Assembly (NCBI GenBank): GCA_963786955.1
Contig: CAWBAT010000005.1
Span: 1-64,000 of the forward strand
Direction of reading: 5' to 3'
DNA: 64,000 nucleotides
Origin: an uncultured Acidimicrobiia bacterium
Lineage (GTDB): Bacteria > Acidobacteriota > Terriglobia > Versatilivoradales > Versatilivoraceae
This document shows positions 22,668-33,084 of the stretch, piece by piece. The notes beneath the pieces were generated by a model. That model saw nothing but the letters and a program-made list of their open reading frames with translations, was not told the origin of the DNA and ran no database searches. The first letter of the stretch is position 1. Every line of letters starts with the position of its first letter. The position numbers and the translations under genes were made by a program.

Positions 22668-23102
22668 ATGGAAACGCAAAACTACGGCAATCATCGACGT
22701 TTTGTCCCGCTGTACCATATCGTCTTGTTTGGGTTCATTGTTCTGACATTGGTTGGCTCCCTCGTCAATCTCTATCAATCTCTGGGGGATCATCAGCGGA
22801 TCTACAGCGCATCGTTAATTGCTGTCATCATGTTTTGTCTCCTGCTGTTGTTCTTCTTCGGCCGTATGTTTCCGCTCAAGGCCCAGGATCGTGCCATTCG
22901 AGCTGAAGAGAACCTGCGTCACTTCGCGCTCACGGGGAAGCTGCTGGATCCCAAGCTAACGATTCGCCAAATCATCGGGCTGCGCTTTGCTTCCGACGAG
23001 GAGTTTGTTGCGTTGGCGAAAAAAGCGGCAGCTGAAAGTCTCTCTGAAGATGCCATCAAAAAGGCAATTAAGAATTGGCGTGCGGACAACTACCGAGTCT
23101 AG
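22668..23102 (+). CDS. Small membrane protein (DUF6526-like)
   Basis: RBS AAGGAG; QNY.NH.R..P.YH, QDRAIRAEENLRH, QIIGLRFASD, IK.WRAD..RV. Confidence 0.72.
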   Translation: METQNYGNHRRFVPLYHIVLFGFIVLTLVGSLVNLYQSLGDHQRIYSASLIAVIMFCLLLLFFFGRMFPLKAQDRAIRAEENLRHFALTGKLLDPKLTIRQIIGLRFASDEEFVALAKKAAAESLSEDAIKKAIKNWRADNYRV

Positions 23103-23312
23103 TTTCTGATCCCCAAAATTTTCGGCTCCTGCTGCATTTTGGATCATGCTTCCCTTTAGCTCATCCCGCTCCTCACGGTTCCGGCAAAGTCTGCCGACTC
23201 AGAGGGCCTGCAGACAAAGCAGAGTTTTCCTGCGAAAGACTCAGACGCTCAGTGCCACCATAATTCGAGAATATCTCATAAGATATCTGGGAATTCATTG
23301 AGGAGGACCATC

Positions 23313-25605
23313 ATGTCTCCTGGCATTGCAATCGGACCAAGCCGTCGAAGTTTTCTCCAGTTCTTCAGTACTGGGGCAGTTGCCGCCCTGTTCACTCCGA
23401 GAGTTTTGGCCGAAAGCAGCCAATCTGCCTACCCCGAACTCGCAAAGTTGCTGACGGTTCACAAGAAAGAGGGGATGATTTCCCCTCAAAAGACCTATCG
23501 TATGATGGAATGGGAATCTCAACTTCCGCCCGAGGCCAAGTTCAACATCAACTTGGAGGCGGCATTACAGGCCTCACAGGAAGCTGGGGCCGAATGTATC
23601 ATGTTCTATACGCAGGACTGTTGGGGGTATTCTTTTTACCCTACCCAGATCTCCGTGCGCCACCCCAACCTGACGTTCGATCTTTATGGGAAGGAGGTTG
23701 AGCTGGCCCATGCAAAGGGCATCTCCGCTGCCACCTATTACAGCTTGCAGTTCAACAACCAGGTGGTGTTCAGCCACCCTGATTGGGGCTGGGTGAACCA
23801 GGAAGGCAAGCAACAAAAACTCCGCTGGCCCATCGTCTGTCTCGACAGCCCCTACCGCCAGATTGTGCTGGGCATGATGGAGGAGATCTTCTCTCAATAT
23901 CCCAGCGACCTGCTTTTCTTGGATTCTTTTGGCATCCAGTTCTGGTTGTACCACAGTCAAGGGTTAGATCCGTTTTGCTTCTGCCGGTATACCGAAGAGG
24001 CGTGGAACAAAGACCATCCGGGGGACCCTTATCGTGAAGGGTTCAAGACGCGCGAAGGGTGGGAACGCCGTTACCAGTGGCATCAACGCCGAACCATGAA
24101 TGAGATGCTGGATTCGATTTTAGCGATTGCTCGCAAACACCGGCCTGGGATCCCCCTGTCGCTCAACGGCGGACCCGAGCAGTTCCCTAACTCCATCATG
24201 CAAAAAGTGAGCTATATCTACAATGAACCGGTTACGACGAATACAGGAATCTCACTGGGAGCGATCCTCGCCCGCGGCTGGGGGCGTCCCGACTATCAGG
24301 CCGGCGTCTTTACCCAATTTGGCTACGTGGACAAGTATCCTGGGGTTGTCCCTCGAGTGCAGGCGGATGCTTTGATTGTGCAGAACGCCAGGACTTTTTT
24401 CGTCGGCAATGCGCCGGTGTTAAGTGACATTGATGGGCAGGGGTATTCCACCCGTTGGTTTAAGGTGGCGAAAGAAACTTGGGAAGATGTCCGTCAAGTG
24501 GATGGTCTTTTGGAAGGGCTGGAGCCAGTCTACAGCACGGCTATGCTTTACAGCGAAACCACCCGGGAAGAACTGGATCGGCAGAAACGCCCTTTGGATT
24601 TTCGGCAGTCAGCGACCGGAGCACTGGAAACGCTAGTCTATGCTGGACGTCCGGTCGAAAGCATTCCCGAGATCCGTCTTTCCGGTTCATTGCTCGAACA
24701 ATTTGATTCGCTGGTGTTGCCGGAGGTGGATGTTCTTTCAGACTCCCACGTGGCGCTCATTCGAGAGTGGGTCAGGAAGGGAGGGACGCTCGTGGCCAGC
24801 TACAAGTGCGGACTTTTGGATGAACATTTTCAGCCACGCTCCAATTTTCCTTTGGCCGATGTTTTGGGTGTCGATCTGGTTTCGGAAGAACGCAAGTATG
24901 CTTATGATCAGGATGGGAAATTTAAGGAAGGGATGGTCGCGGTCTATTTGGAATCAGCCGGACACCCTTTGGCAAAACCGATATCCGATGGGACCGTAGG
25001 GCTGCCTGGATCTTTCCTTAAACTGCGGCGGACAACCGCCGAGGAAGTGATGCGTTTCCGGCTTCCAGTCATGGTTGAAGATCTGCCCAAGGACAAGTGG
25101 TTCAACTGGGGGGCGCCTCCCCCGGGGACTGAAACCGCCGGCCCAGGTGTGGTTTATAACAAATTTGGCCAAGGCCGGGCGTTGTACATCGGGGCTCCCG
25201 TTTTTCGTGCAATCCATGCCGCTACAGGGTGGGGAATTACGGATCGCCCGTTCTGGATTCGGGAATGGATTCCAGCCTTGATGCAGCAGCTCGATCCGAA
25301 TCCCATTGCTGAGTTGATCCCCGTTCCTTACACGGAGTATGTGCATGGAACTTTTTTCTATGCGAAGAACAAACGAGTGATCCTGGTGCAAATCCTCAAC
25401 GCCGTGGAATTGGCTACAAAAGGGCAAATATAGCGGCTCTGCTGGAGTTGAACTCGGGCTCAATTCAGACCGGCTGAAGTTAACCGGTGCGGAGGTTGTC
25501 TGGCCTCAAAAACAGACCTTGGAAGTCCAGAATCGGGGAGGTCGCACGCGGATCTTCATCCCTTCGGTCGATCGTTACATGGCGCTTTACCTGAGCCTGG
25601 AGTAA
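23313..25605 (+). CDS. Tat-exported glycoside hydrolase-like protein (GH29/GHL6-like barrel plus beta-galactosidase trimerisation domain); frameshift near 25425
   Basis: SRRSFL Tat motif; GYSFYPT, DLYG..VE.AH.KGI, CLDSPYR, LFLD, LVLPEVDVLSD...WVRKGG. Another frame continues to TAA at 25605. Confidence 0.72.
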
Positions 25606-25655
25606 ATTGAGGGTAGGGGTGAAGCATTTGTCCACAAATGGTTCGCCCCTACAAC

Positions 25656-27488
25656 TCACTTTTCTAAGTTCGCCCAGAAATCGAGAGTTCCCTTGTCGAT
25701 GTAAAGTGCTGAGGGAGACGGTTCCGTATCAAGCTCGAAGGGTTCGCGTTGATAGAGCGGACCAGGCCCCTCTTTCCCGTAAAAGATGGGCACCTGTTTA
25801 TTGTCAAATTCGGAATAACCTGTCGTGTATTCCTTCCCCAGCGGCTCCATTCGCACGACCGTATCCCCTTTCCAAGTAACGCGGTAGCGATAATGTCTGA
25901 AGCCAGGGTTTCCGATTTCCACCTCTTCAGTGGTGACAGGGAGTGGATAGGTCATTCTGATCATTTCCCCTGCTGCACGCTGCCCCAAATCGAGATAATT
26001 TCCGAAAGCCTTAGCCTGCACTTTAGCTCCATTCGCTTCCACGACCACGGCACTAACCTCGACAAAATCAGGGATGCGCACGCGAACGGCACAGGTTTCT
26101 TTCAAATGAATCGTCAGCCGCCCCTTGAACGGCTGATCCCCGCGGATTTCGGCTTGCGGCAGCTGCTTATCAATATGGAGATTCACCCAAAGAGTGCCGT
26201 TCTGGAAGCGTGAGGCGTTCTTCCACGCGATGAACAGGGCATGAATGCCCGATCCCCCGCAGCAGTTCTGGAAGGCACGCGTCTTGCCGTGCAATTCAGG
26301 ACCACCCCAATGATGGTCCAGGTTCTCTCGAGCGGCCAACAAGTGGGTCGGTGAACTCCAACCGGCCCATCCGCCTTCCATCCGCCCGGCTATATCGTTC
26401 CAACTAAATTGATCGGTGTCTGGCCGGGTGGGGCCTGATTTTAGCCAGACCAGGTTATGGGCCTGGCTCTCTACCAGTTGGTTGCGAACGACGCGCTCGA
26501 CATCGCCCCAATATTCAGGATGACCATGGTTGGCCAAGGTGACCGCCAGGCCTACGTAATCCATGAGGGCGCAGGTCTCGGTCCCGACGATGTCCCCTTT
26601 GCGCCCGATGACTTCGGGAAGAAAACCAAACCGAGTGGCTTCGGACCGGACGTAACGATAAAGCGCATCCACGCGGCTGTAGAGCACGGGGTCTTTGACG
26701 TATAGCGCGTAATCTGCGGCGCCCACCAGTGTGCGCAGATTCCCGTGCATGTGCCCTCCATGCTTGAAAGTGTTGTCTGGAGTGAAGAGAGGATTTTCGC
26801 TAAAGACCATTTTGACGGTGATTTCCGCCAGCTTCAACGCGGGCTCATAGCCCAGTATCCGGACACAGGCCATAAGACTCTTGAGGCTAAATCCACGAAT
26901 GAAACTTTTGTTGTCCAGGGTTCCCTGATGAGCGTGGTCCAGCAAACCATCGACGATCCGGATGATGACGTTTCTCAGTTCCCCATCGGGCTTGTCGGCG
27001 TAAGCCGTTGCCAGAGCGTAAAGGACAAGCCCCTGGTCGCCTTCATCCGCGACTCTCTTCGAGTAGTTTGTCTGAGGCCTGGTGAGAAACCCGGTCTCTG
27101 GATCGATCAGATTGAGAATCTTCTGCCGCCAGACCGCTTCAATTGGCAAAGTCTCACCGGTCATATGCCGAGCCATCACGACCGCCTGAAACTGACGAGG
27201 CATCCCATCGCCGAAATCCGGCCAATCGTGGGCAGCTTCAGCGGGCTCCGTCCAGAAGATATTAAAGTAGGGCAGACCCTCTTTGTCTACCATGCGGTTG
27301 CAATAATTGAAGCTGCGCCGGGCATAGTTTTCCAGCGCGAAGGTCTGAAGTCTTTCTTGCGCATTTTTTCCGGAAGCAGTTTCCTGAGCGGGAATGATTC
27401 TCGTCAGGCTTCCGGCAGATAAAAGCGCCAGGGTGAGTGCACAAATGACAACAATTCCGGACTTACTCTTAAGTTTAGGTGTGACCAT
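25656..27488 (-). CDS. Secreted GH127/GH146-like (alpha/alpha)6 glycoside hydrolase
   Basis: GHMH, ETCALMD, ERVVRNQLVESQ, NCCGG, VRVRIPDF motifs. Confidence 0.65.
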   Translation of the reverse strand: MVTPKLKSKSGIVVICALTLALLSAGSLTRIIPAQETASGKNAQERLQTFALENYARRSFNYCNRMVDKEGLPYFNIFWTEPAEAAHDWPDFGDGMPRQFQAVVMARHMTGETLPIEAVWRQKILNLIDPETGFLTRPQTNYSKRVADEGDQGLVLYALATAYADKPDGELRNVIIRIVDGLLDHAHQGTLDNKSFIRGFSLKSLMACVRILGYEPALKLAEITVKMVFSENPLFTPDNTFKHGGHMHGNLRTLVGAADYALYVKDPVLYSRVDALYRYVRSEATRFGFLPEVIGRKGDIVGTETCALMDYVGLAVTLANHGHPEYWGDVERVVRNQLVESQAHNLVWLKSGPTRPDTDQFSWNDIAGRMEGGWAGWSSPTHLLAARENLDHHWGGPELHGKTRAFQNCCGGSGIHALFIAWKNASRFQNGTLWVNLHIDKQLPQAEIRGDQPFKGRLTIHLKETCAVRVRIPDFVEVSAVVVEANGAKVQAKAFGNYLDLGQRAAGEMIRMTYPLPVTTEEVEIGNPGFRHYRYRVTWKGDTVVRMEPLGKEYTTGYSEFDNKQVPIFYGKEGPGPLYQREPFELDTEPSPSALYIDKGTLDFWANLEK

Positions 27489-27789
27489 AAATGCATCCCT
27501 CAGAGATATTGGAATTTAGCTAAGAATAAGGGAGAGAGAATGGAAAGAGAAAATCCCAGTTTTTCCAATTCAACAAAAATATGCTACTGGGACTTGAAAG
27601 AATTTGCCAGGTTTCTCATCTGCTGGTTTTTGTGCGGAAGAGAGAGGAGCAAGCGAGTCCTGTGAAGATGTATGAAATTTGGTGGGGGTACAACTTCGAA
27701 AGTGATTGCGCGAATGAAAAAATAGGCCGACCCGCGAGCGGCACTTCAAAGTTCGAGTGGCTCGCGGACCGGGATAGCCAAGTTGCCAA

Positions 27790-28572
27790 TTATTTATACG
27801 TGGCGTTCGAGCGAACCAGCAAATCGCGATGCGTAGTGAAGTCCACCATGGAAGCAAACGCCGGGCCACCCAACGGATTCGTCTTCATGGCCTCTCGGAT
27901 AGCCGCATTGACTTTGTCCAGACCTTCGGCATTCGCTGCGATGTAAAAAATGTAAAACGTGCCGGGTGTTTCGGTGTGGATCAATTCAGTGTCAATTTCA
28001 TACTCGTGAATCGTGCCGTCAGCGAGTTGTTTTTCCATCAGCGGCACAAAGAGGTTCTTGCTGAGGGTATCCACCGCGTCGTCTGGGGCGTCCGATTTTA
28101 GTTTGTAGTTCGAGCCATGCGTGTAAACATCCTTCCACGACCCGGCATGCTTGTTGTAATAGCGGCTGACGTAAATGCCATCCCAGTGTTTCGTGGCACT
28201 AGCCAAAACGGCAGAAGTAGAATTACCAGACTTGTAGAACTGGTCCAGCACGTTGAGAACCCCGGCCAAAGACATTGCCGACCACCATTCATCGTGAGTC
28301 GAGCCATCGGGCTGGTGAACCAAATTGAAATCGTTGCCGTATCCCACAATTGTCCCGTTGGCGAAGGCCTTTCCCAAGATTATCCGGCCATCCGCGTTTG
28401 ACTTTTCCATGTCTGCCCACTGCGCGCGGGGAATATTCCAATTCCCGATATACGTGTACATCGGAGGTTTTTCTTTACTCTCTGTCATCTGTGCGCGTGC
28501 TGGTGCAGTCCAGAGAGCGCTCATCATAAGCACGCACGTTCCTGCAAGAATTCTCCTCCATTTCCTGTTCAT
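27790..28572 (-). CDS. Secreted hypothetical protein with two similar alpha/beta repeats
   Basis: Signal peptide, RBS AAGGAGG, internal repeat K.FANGTIVGY / KQLADGTIHEY. Confidence 0.75.
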   Translation of the reverse strand: MNRKWRRILAGTCVLMMSALWTAPARAQMTESKEKPPMYTYIGNWNIPRAQWADMEKSNADGRIILGKAFANGTIVGYGNDFNLVHQPDGSTHDEWWSAMSLAGVLNVLDQFYKSGNSTSAVLASATKHWDGIYVSRYYNKHAGSWKDVYTHGSNYKLKSDAPDDAVDTLSKNLFVPLMEKQLADGTIHEYEIDTELIHTETPGTFYIFYIAANAEGLDKVNAAIREAMKTNPLGGPAFASMVDFTTHRDLLVRSNATYK

Positions 28573-28813
28573 GGTTTTTTCCCTCCTTAATTAGGTTGAA
28601 GTTGTTCTTGGACCCCTAATTGGCAGATCGGGCTTCCTTGAGTGAATAAAGGATTGGTTTGGAAAAGGCAAATCGATACCTCGTGCAACGCTGTGACGCA
28701 GCGCTTTCTCGACATCGGACGCTCTGATAAATCCATCAGCGAGTCACCCTGCGCCTCGCCAACCCGGCACTCCAAGGAACAAATAAGAGGGCAAAGAGGC
28801 CATTGAGGATTGC

Positions 28814-29944
28814 TCAATCTGCGACTTGTTCCAGGATCGCAAAGTCTCCCGGATTCCAAGCCTGGACGATGATATACAGTTTGTTCCCAGCCTTGCGAAG
28901 GACGGCATTATGGTTATGCTTGAAATTGATTAGGCCGAGATCCTCTTTCGGCATGACCGTTGAAACAAGCCGGTCATTTTCGAGAAGGTAGACGGGTGCG
29001 CCTTTACTCTTATCCGGCCCATCGAGTGCGGCAACCACCGCGTATTGATCTAGGAAATCAATATCGCAAGGCAGTGAGCCCATGGGCATCTTGAGAGTGG
29101 AGAGATATTGTCCGTGACGGGTAAACCGGTCAATTTCAGAATTGGGACGATCGGCAATATCAATGCGCTGTGTGCCCGGTGGGATCGTAATACCATGGGC
29201 AGTACCGAACTGACCGGGTCCGGTTCCTTTTCCGCCAAAAGCTAGATCATTCCAAATGGCCATAAACGGATTTAGATTCGTAATCCGTGCCGTCAGGATA
29301 TAGTCGAGGGCTGAATACCCCGTTGCGATGTAATAAAGCCCATCCAGATACTCGACGTCTGTTGGTACAAAATTGCCTCTCCCGGCAAAATAATCAGTGA
29401 CCGCCGGAATCGCAAAGTTGTCCTCTGCGGTTGGGGTATTCAGAGTATGGAGCAGCTTTCCATCGACGCTGGTCGTGAAGACCTTTCCGGCATCGTTGGC
29501 GGGGAAGGCCAGATAGGCAGTCCCTTCTTTGCTATACCAGATCTTGGTGTTATGCAGATTGAGATTCTTCATGTCGGCAGCCGTTTCGAGCAGTTGCACT
29601 TTCTTCATGTCGGCGCTGATCTGGAGAATGCCGGCGCCCGGCAGAGAAAAATAAGTTTCTTCCTTGCCGCCGCGATGATCCACGGCAAATCCACCATGAG
29701 CGGAAATCAACACCTTCTTGGCCGCTTCGGGGAGAAGGTCAGAGGTATAGAGCAACTTGAATCGCAACTTCCCCTGGCCGCTGATCCCAGGCGCCGAAGC
29801 GGATACGGCGGGATAAGTAGGCGCTTGCGGTGGGTTCTCAGCTAATAAGTTCGGTGATCGATGTGCGTGGACAGATGTGATCGAAGCCATCAATCCGTAA
29901 AGGATGACCAGACTAGCAACCAAGCAGCTTTTTCGTCGTGGCAT
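28814..29944 (-). CDS. NHL-repeat beta-propeller protein (PAL-like)
   Basis: AHGGFAVD, PTDV, YIATGY, FGGKGTGPGQFGTAHGIT, IADRPNSEI. Confidence 0.72.
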   Translation of the reverse strand: MPRRKSCLVASLVILYGLMASITSVHAHRSPNLLAENPPQAPTYPAVSASAPGISGQGKLRFKLLYTSDLLPEAAKKVLISAHGGFAVDHRGGKEETYFSLPGAGILQISADMKKVQLLETAADMKNLNLHNTKIWYSKEGTAYLAFPANDAGKVFTTSVDGKLLHTLNTPTAEDNFAIPAVTDYFAGRGNFVPTDVEYLDGLYYIATGYSALDYILTARITNLNPFMAIWNDLAFGGKGTGPGQFGTAHGITIPPGTQRIDIADRPNSEIDRFTRHGQYLSTLKMPMGSLPCDIDFLDQYAVVAALDGPDKSKGAPVYLLENDRLVSTVMPKEDLGLINFKHNHNAVLRKAGNKLYIIVQAWNPGDFAILEQVAD

Positions 29945-30145
29945 GGGTACATATTCTCCTTCTGTTTTGAATTGAGCGGATCTGAGTCTAATAGACATCC
30001 GGTCGACAGTCAATGCTGTAGAAAAAGTTTGTCAACCCAAAATAGAAATGTCCGCTTCTTACCAAATTATGATTTGTCCCCGGAAAACTGAACCAAACTG
30101 AGAGTTAGTTTTTGCGGCATAATCGATCCCTAGTAGAGGAGGATT

Positions 30146-30418
30146 TTGGCCGTGAAAAAGAAGCGATTTTCAGTGGAGCAGATCGTGGCAGTGCTGAAGC
30201 AGGCGGAAGTAGGGGTGCCGGTCAGAGAGCTGGTGCGACAGGTGGGGATCTCGGAGCAGACCTTTTACCGCTGGAAGCAGCGGTACGGGAAGCTGGAGAT
30301 CGACCAAGTCCGCCAGCTGAAGCAATTGCAGGAAGAAAACGCGCGACTGAAACGGTTGGTGGCCGATCTGACCTTGGACAAGACGATGTTGCAGGATGTG
30401 CTGGCAAAAAAATTCTGA
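30146..30418 (+). CDS. IS3 transposase OrfA
   Basis: KKRFSVEQIVAVLKQAE...GISEQTFYRWK...LQEENARLKRLVADL. Confidence 0.92.
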   Translation: MAVKKKRFSVEQIVAVLKQAEVGVPVRELVRQVGISEQTFYRWKQRYGKLEIDQVRQLKQLQEENARLKRLVADLTLDKTMLQDVLAKKF

Positions 30419-31278
30419 AGCCTCCGCGACGCCGCCAGGGGGTTGGGTACCTGCGTGGGGGCTACCACATCAGCGAGCGGCGCGCCTGCGTGGTGATGCG
30501 GTTGAACCGAGGGACGTTTCGCTATGAAAGTCACAAAGATCCGCGTACCGAACTGCGGATGAGGATGCGAGAGATGGCGGCAGTCCGGTTGAGATACGGG
30601 TGTCGGAAGATCCTGGTCCTGTTACAGCGGGAAGGCTGGGCGGTGGGCAAGTCATTGGTACGGCGAATCTATCTGGAACAGGGGTTGAGCTGCGCCGGAG
30701 GTGCCGAGGAGACGGCGAGTAGCGGTAGAGCGCAGAGACGAATCAAGCCATCGACCCCCAATCAGGTATGGAGCCTGGATTTTGTAGCGGACCAACTGGC
30801 TGACGGGAGGCGATTTCGGGCACTGACCGTGGTGGACGTTTATACCCGAGAAAGCTTGGCGATCGAACCAGGGCAGAGATTACGAGGGGAAGACGTGGTT
30901 CAGGTTTTGCAGAGGATCCAAGAGAAACGTGGCGGGCCGAAGAGGTTGTTCTGCGATAATGGGAGCGAGTTTGCCAGTCAGGTTCTGGACCTGTGGGCTT
31001 ATCAGAATGGGGTAAAGATCGACCTCTCGCGGCCAGGCAAGCCGACCGACAATGGGCACATCGAGTCGTTTAACGGAACGTTTCGGGACGAGTGCCTGAA
31101 CACGCATTGGTTCATGACCCTGGCAGAGGCCAGGGAGATCATCGAAGCTTGGCGGAGGGAGTATAATGAGAGTCGCCCTCACAGGGCCCTGGGGGAGCGG
31201 ACGCCACACGAGTTCGCCATTCAGATCGCCGCTAGCGGCGATCTGAATGGCCTCAAAAGCCCGCAAGACTCACTCTAA
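30415..31278 (+). CDS. IS3 transposase OrfB (DDE integrase core)
   Basis: PNQVWSLDFV, VVDVYTRE, CDNGSEF, PGKPTDNGHIESFNG, YNESRPH. Confidence 0.9.
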   Translation: MKPPRRRQGVGYLRGGYHISERRACVVMRLNRGTFRYESHKDPRTELRMRMREMAAVRLRYGCRKILVLLQREGWAVGKSLVRRIYLEQGLSCAGGAEETASSGRAQRRIKPSTPNQVWSLDFVADQLADGRRFRALTVVDVYTRESLAIEPGQRLRGEDVVQVLQRIQEKRGGPKRLFCDNGSEFASQVLDLWAYQNGVKIDLSRPGKPTDNGHIESFNGTFRDECLNTHWFMTLAEAREIIEAWRREYNESRPHRALGERTPHEFAIQIAASGDLNGLKSPQDSL

Positions 31279-31320
31279 CCTTGGTACAGAATTCCGGGAC
31301 CCATCAGTGAGGTAATGTGT

Positions 31321-31355
31321 CTCACAAGGATTGGTACAAAATATCGGTCTGGTCA
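31321..31355. repeat. Orphan IS3-type terminal inverted repeat
   Basis: The reverse complement TGACCAGACCGATATTTTGTACCAATCCTTGTGAG resembles the neighbouring IS3 end in length and in its TGA...TGTACCAA...GAG pattern. Confidence 0.6.
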
Positions 31356-31452
31356 TCGCCACGGGAGCAGACATTAAGTCAAGAGCAATCAATTAGCAAG
31401 TCTTCGGTCCGCCGCACCGCCCTGGTGGAAGGTAAGAAATAGGGAGGTTGTG

Positions 31453-31652
31453 ATGTTTGCCATGATAATCTGTACAGCGCTGGTTCTGACAATGTTACTT
31501 AATTGTGGACTTCCAAGAAGCAACGAGAACTTAGCGAACAAGAGTTTCGAAGCTGGTTTCAGAAGAATCATTTTGGAATGAGCCACTCACCGAAAATGTC
31601 GTCCGAACAGCCCGGCCTCTCAAGTGTGGTCCAGGCACCCAAACAGCGTTAG
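31453..31652 (+). pseudogene. Small single-TM protein, frameshifted (paralog of 48326-48565)
   Basis: RBS AGGGAGG; hydrophobic N-terminus, then in another frame TSKKQRELSEQEFRSWFQKNHFGMS, matching TSRKQAELDPREFQLWFQRYYLGMT. Confidence 0.6.
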
Positions 31653-31738
31653 GTGAAATAGGTCCGGCGTTCAAACATCACCCGCAATCAAATTAGGAGC
31701 CAAAAGTCATTCTGCTACAACCCAGTCTCATTGAGATT

Positions 31739-32992
31739 TTGGCAACTGTGCTGTTTGCCGTTGCCGTGCTTCATACGTTTTCGATCAAGCTCTTCCACCA
31801 CTTCGCGCTAAAGTTTCCACAGGGATCAGTGCAAGAAAACCTATTGCATCTCCTCAGTGAAGTGGAGATCGTTTTTGGCTTGTGGGCAGGGGTATTGGTT
31901 GCAAGTATTGGAATTCTCAAAGGGGGAGAAGAAGCTGCCCGATATGTTGAAGGCGCCAATTTCACTGAACCTGCTTTTGTTTTCGCCATTATGTCCGTTG
32001 CGGCCACCCGCCCAGTCCTTGAGTTCGCGACAGCCATGATCAGGCAAGTGGCCAGGCTTTTACCCCTTCCACTAGAGATTTCTTTCTATATGGTGACGCT
32101 TGTGATGGGTCCACTTTTGGGCAGTTTCATTACTGAACCGGCCGCAATGACGGTAACTGCCTTGATTTTGAGAGATCGATTTTTCAAGCGGCAGATGTCT
32201 AATTGGTTCATGTACCTTACTTTAGGCGCATTGTTCGTGAATGTCTCTATTGGCGGGGTCCTTACTCCCTACGCCGCGCCACCGGTGCTAATGGTGGCAG
32301 GCACCTGGAATTGGGACTTCAGCCATATGTTCTGGCAATTCGGCTGGAAAGCAGCCATCGCCACAATGCTCAACACCCTCTTGGTGGCGATCCTTTTCTG
32401 GAAGCAACTGAAACAATTGACTCCAACCCAGTCATCCAATCAGGTGCCCCTGTCGCCGCTGTGGCTGCAGGTCCTGCACCTGATATCGTTGGGACTGATA
32501 GTGATGACGTCACATCATCGAGCGATGTTCATGGGGATTTTTCTTTTCTTTCTCGGACTCACGACCATCACCAAGGAATTTCAAGAGGAGCTCAAACTGA
32601 GACAAAGCCTCTTAGTGGCATTTTTCCTTGCAGGATTGGTCGTATTAGGGGGACTGCAGCGCTGGTGGTTGGAACCACTCATTCGAAGCTTGGATACGCT
32701 GCCTCTGTTCCTGGGCGCGGCGACCCTGACGGCCTTTACCGATAATGCCGCCTTAACTTTCCTCGGCTCACAGATTCCCAACATGGGCGATACGCTCAAG
32801 TACGCGCTGGTGGCAGGGGCGGTTGCTGGAGGTGGACTGACCGTTATTGCGAATGCCCCCAATCCTGCGGGGTTTGCCATTCTGCGTGAGAGCTTCGGCC
32901 CCGAGGGGATCAGCCCAGCCCGGCTATTCGCGGGCGCTTTGGTCCCCACACTGATCGCGCTGGGCTGCTTTTGGTGGTTGCCGTTTATATAG
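31739..32992 (+). CDS. Putative Na+/H+ antiporter (DUF1504-type); true start probably slightly upstream
   Basis: HLLSEVEIVFGLW, GSFITEPAAMT, LFVNVSIGG.LTPYAAPPVLMV, TDNAALT, GGGLTVIANAPNPAG. Confidence 0.88.
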   Translation: MATVLFAVAVLHTFSIKLFHHFALKFPQGSVQENLLHLLSEVEIVFGLWAGVLVASIGILKGGEEAARYVEGANFTEPAFVFAIMSVAATRPVLEFATAMIRQVARLLPLPLEISFYMVTLVMGPLLGSFITEPAAMTVTALILRDRFFKRQMSNWFMYLTLGALFVNVSIGGVLTPYAAPPVLMVAGTWNWDFSHMFWQFGWKAAIATMLNTLLVAILFWKQLKQLTPTQSSNQVPLSPLWLQVLHLISLGLIVMTSHHRAMFMGIFLFFLGLTTITKEFQEELKLRQSLLVAFFLAGLVVLGGLQRWWLEPLIRSLDTLPLFLGAATLTAFTDNAALTFLGSQIPNMGDTLKYALVAGAVAGGGLTVIANAPNPAGFAILRESFGPEGISPARLFAGALVPTLIALGCFWWLPFI

Positions 32993-33084
32993 CAGCTTAC
33001 AAAAACCTTTCGATGTCGGACTTTACTTCATGAGATTTTAGAGATTTCGTAACTTTCATGGTTGAGTGCTCATTATCCTAATTC

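Larger units (their letters stand above)
30070..31306 (+). mobile_element. IS3-family insertion sequence (IS407-like)
   Basis: TIRs TGATTTGTCCCCGGAAAACTGAACCAAACTGAGAG and TGATGGGTCCCGGAATTCTGTACCAAGGTTAGAG; overlapping orfA/orfB; A7 slippery site near 30405-30411; no target duplication seen. Confidence 0.92.

Noticed and set aside
30112-30414. 5' half of the 388-aa ORF as real protein
   Set aside because: It overlaps OrfA in another frame; OrfB is normally reached by -1 frameshifting at the A7 site.
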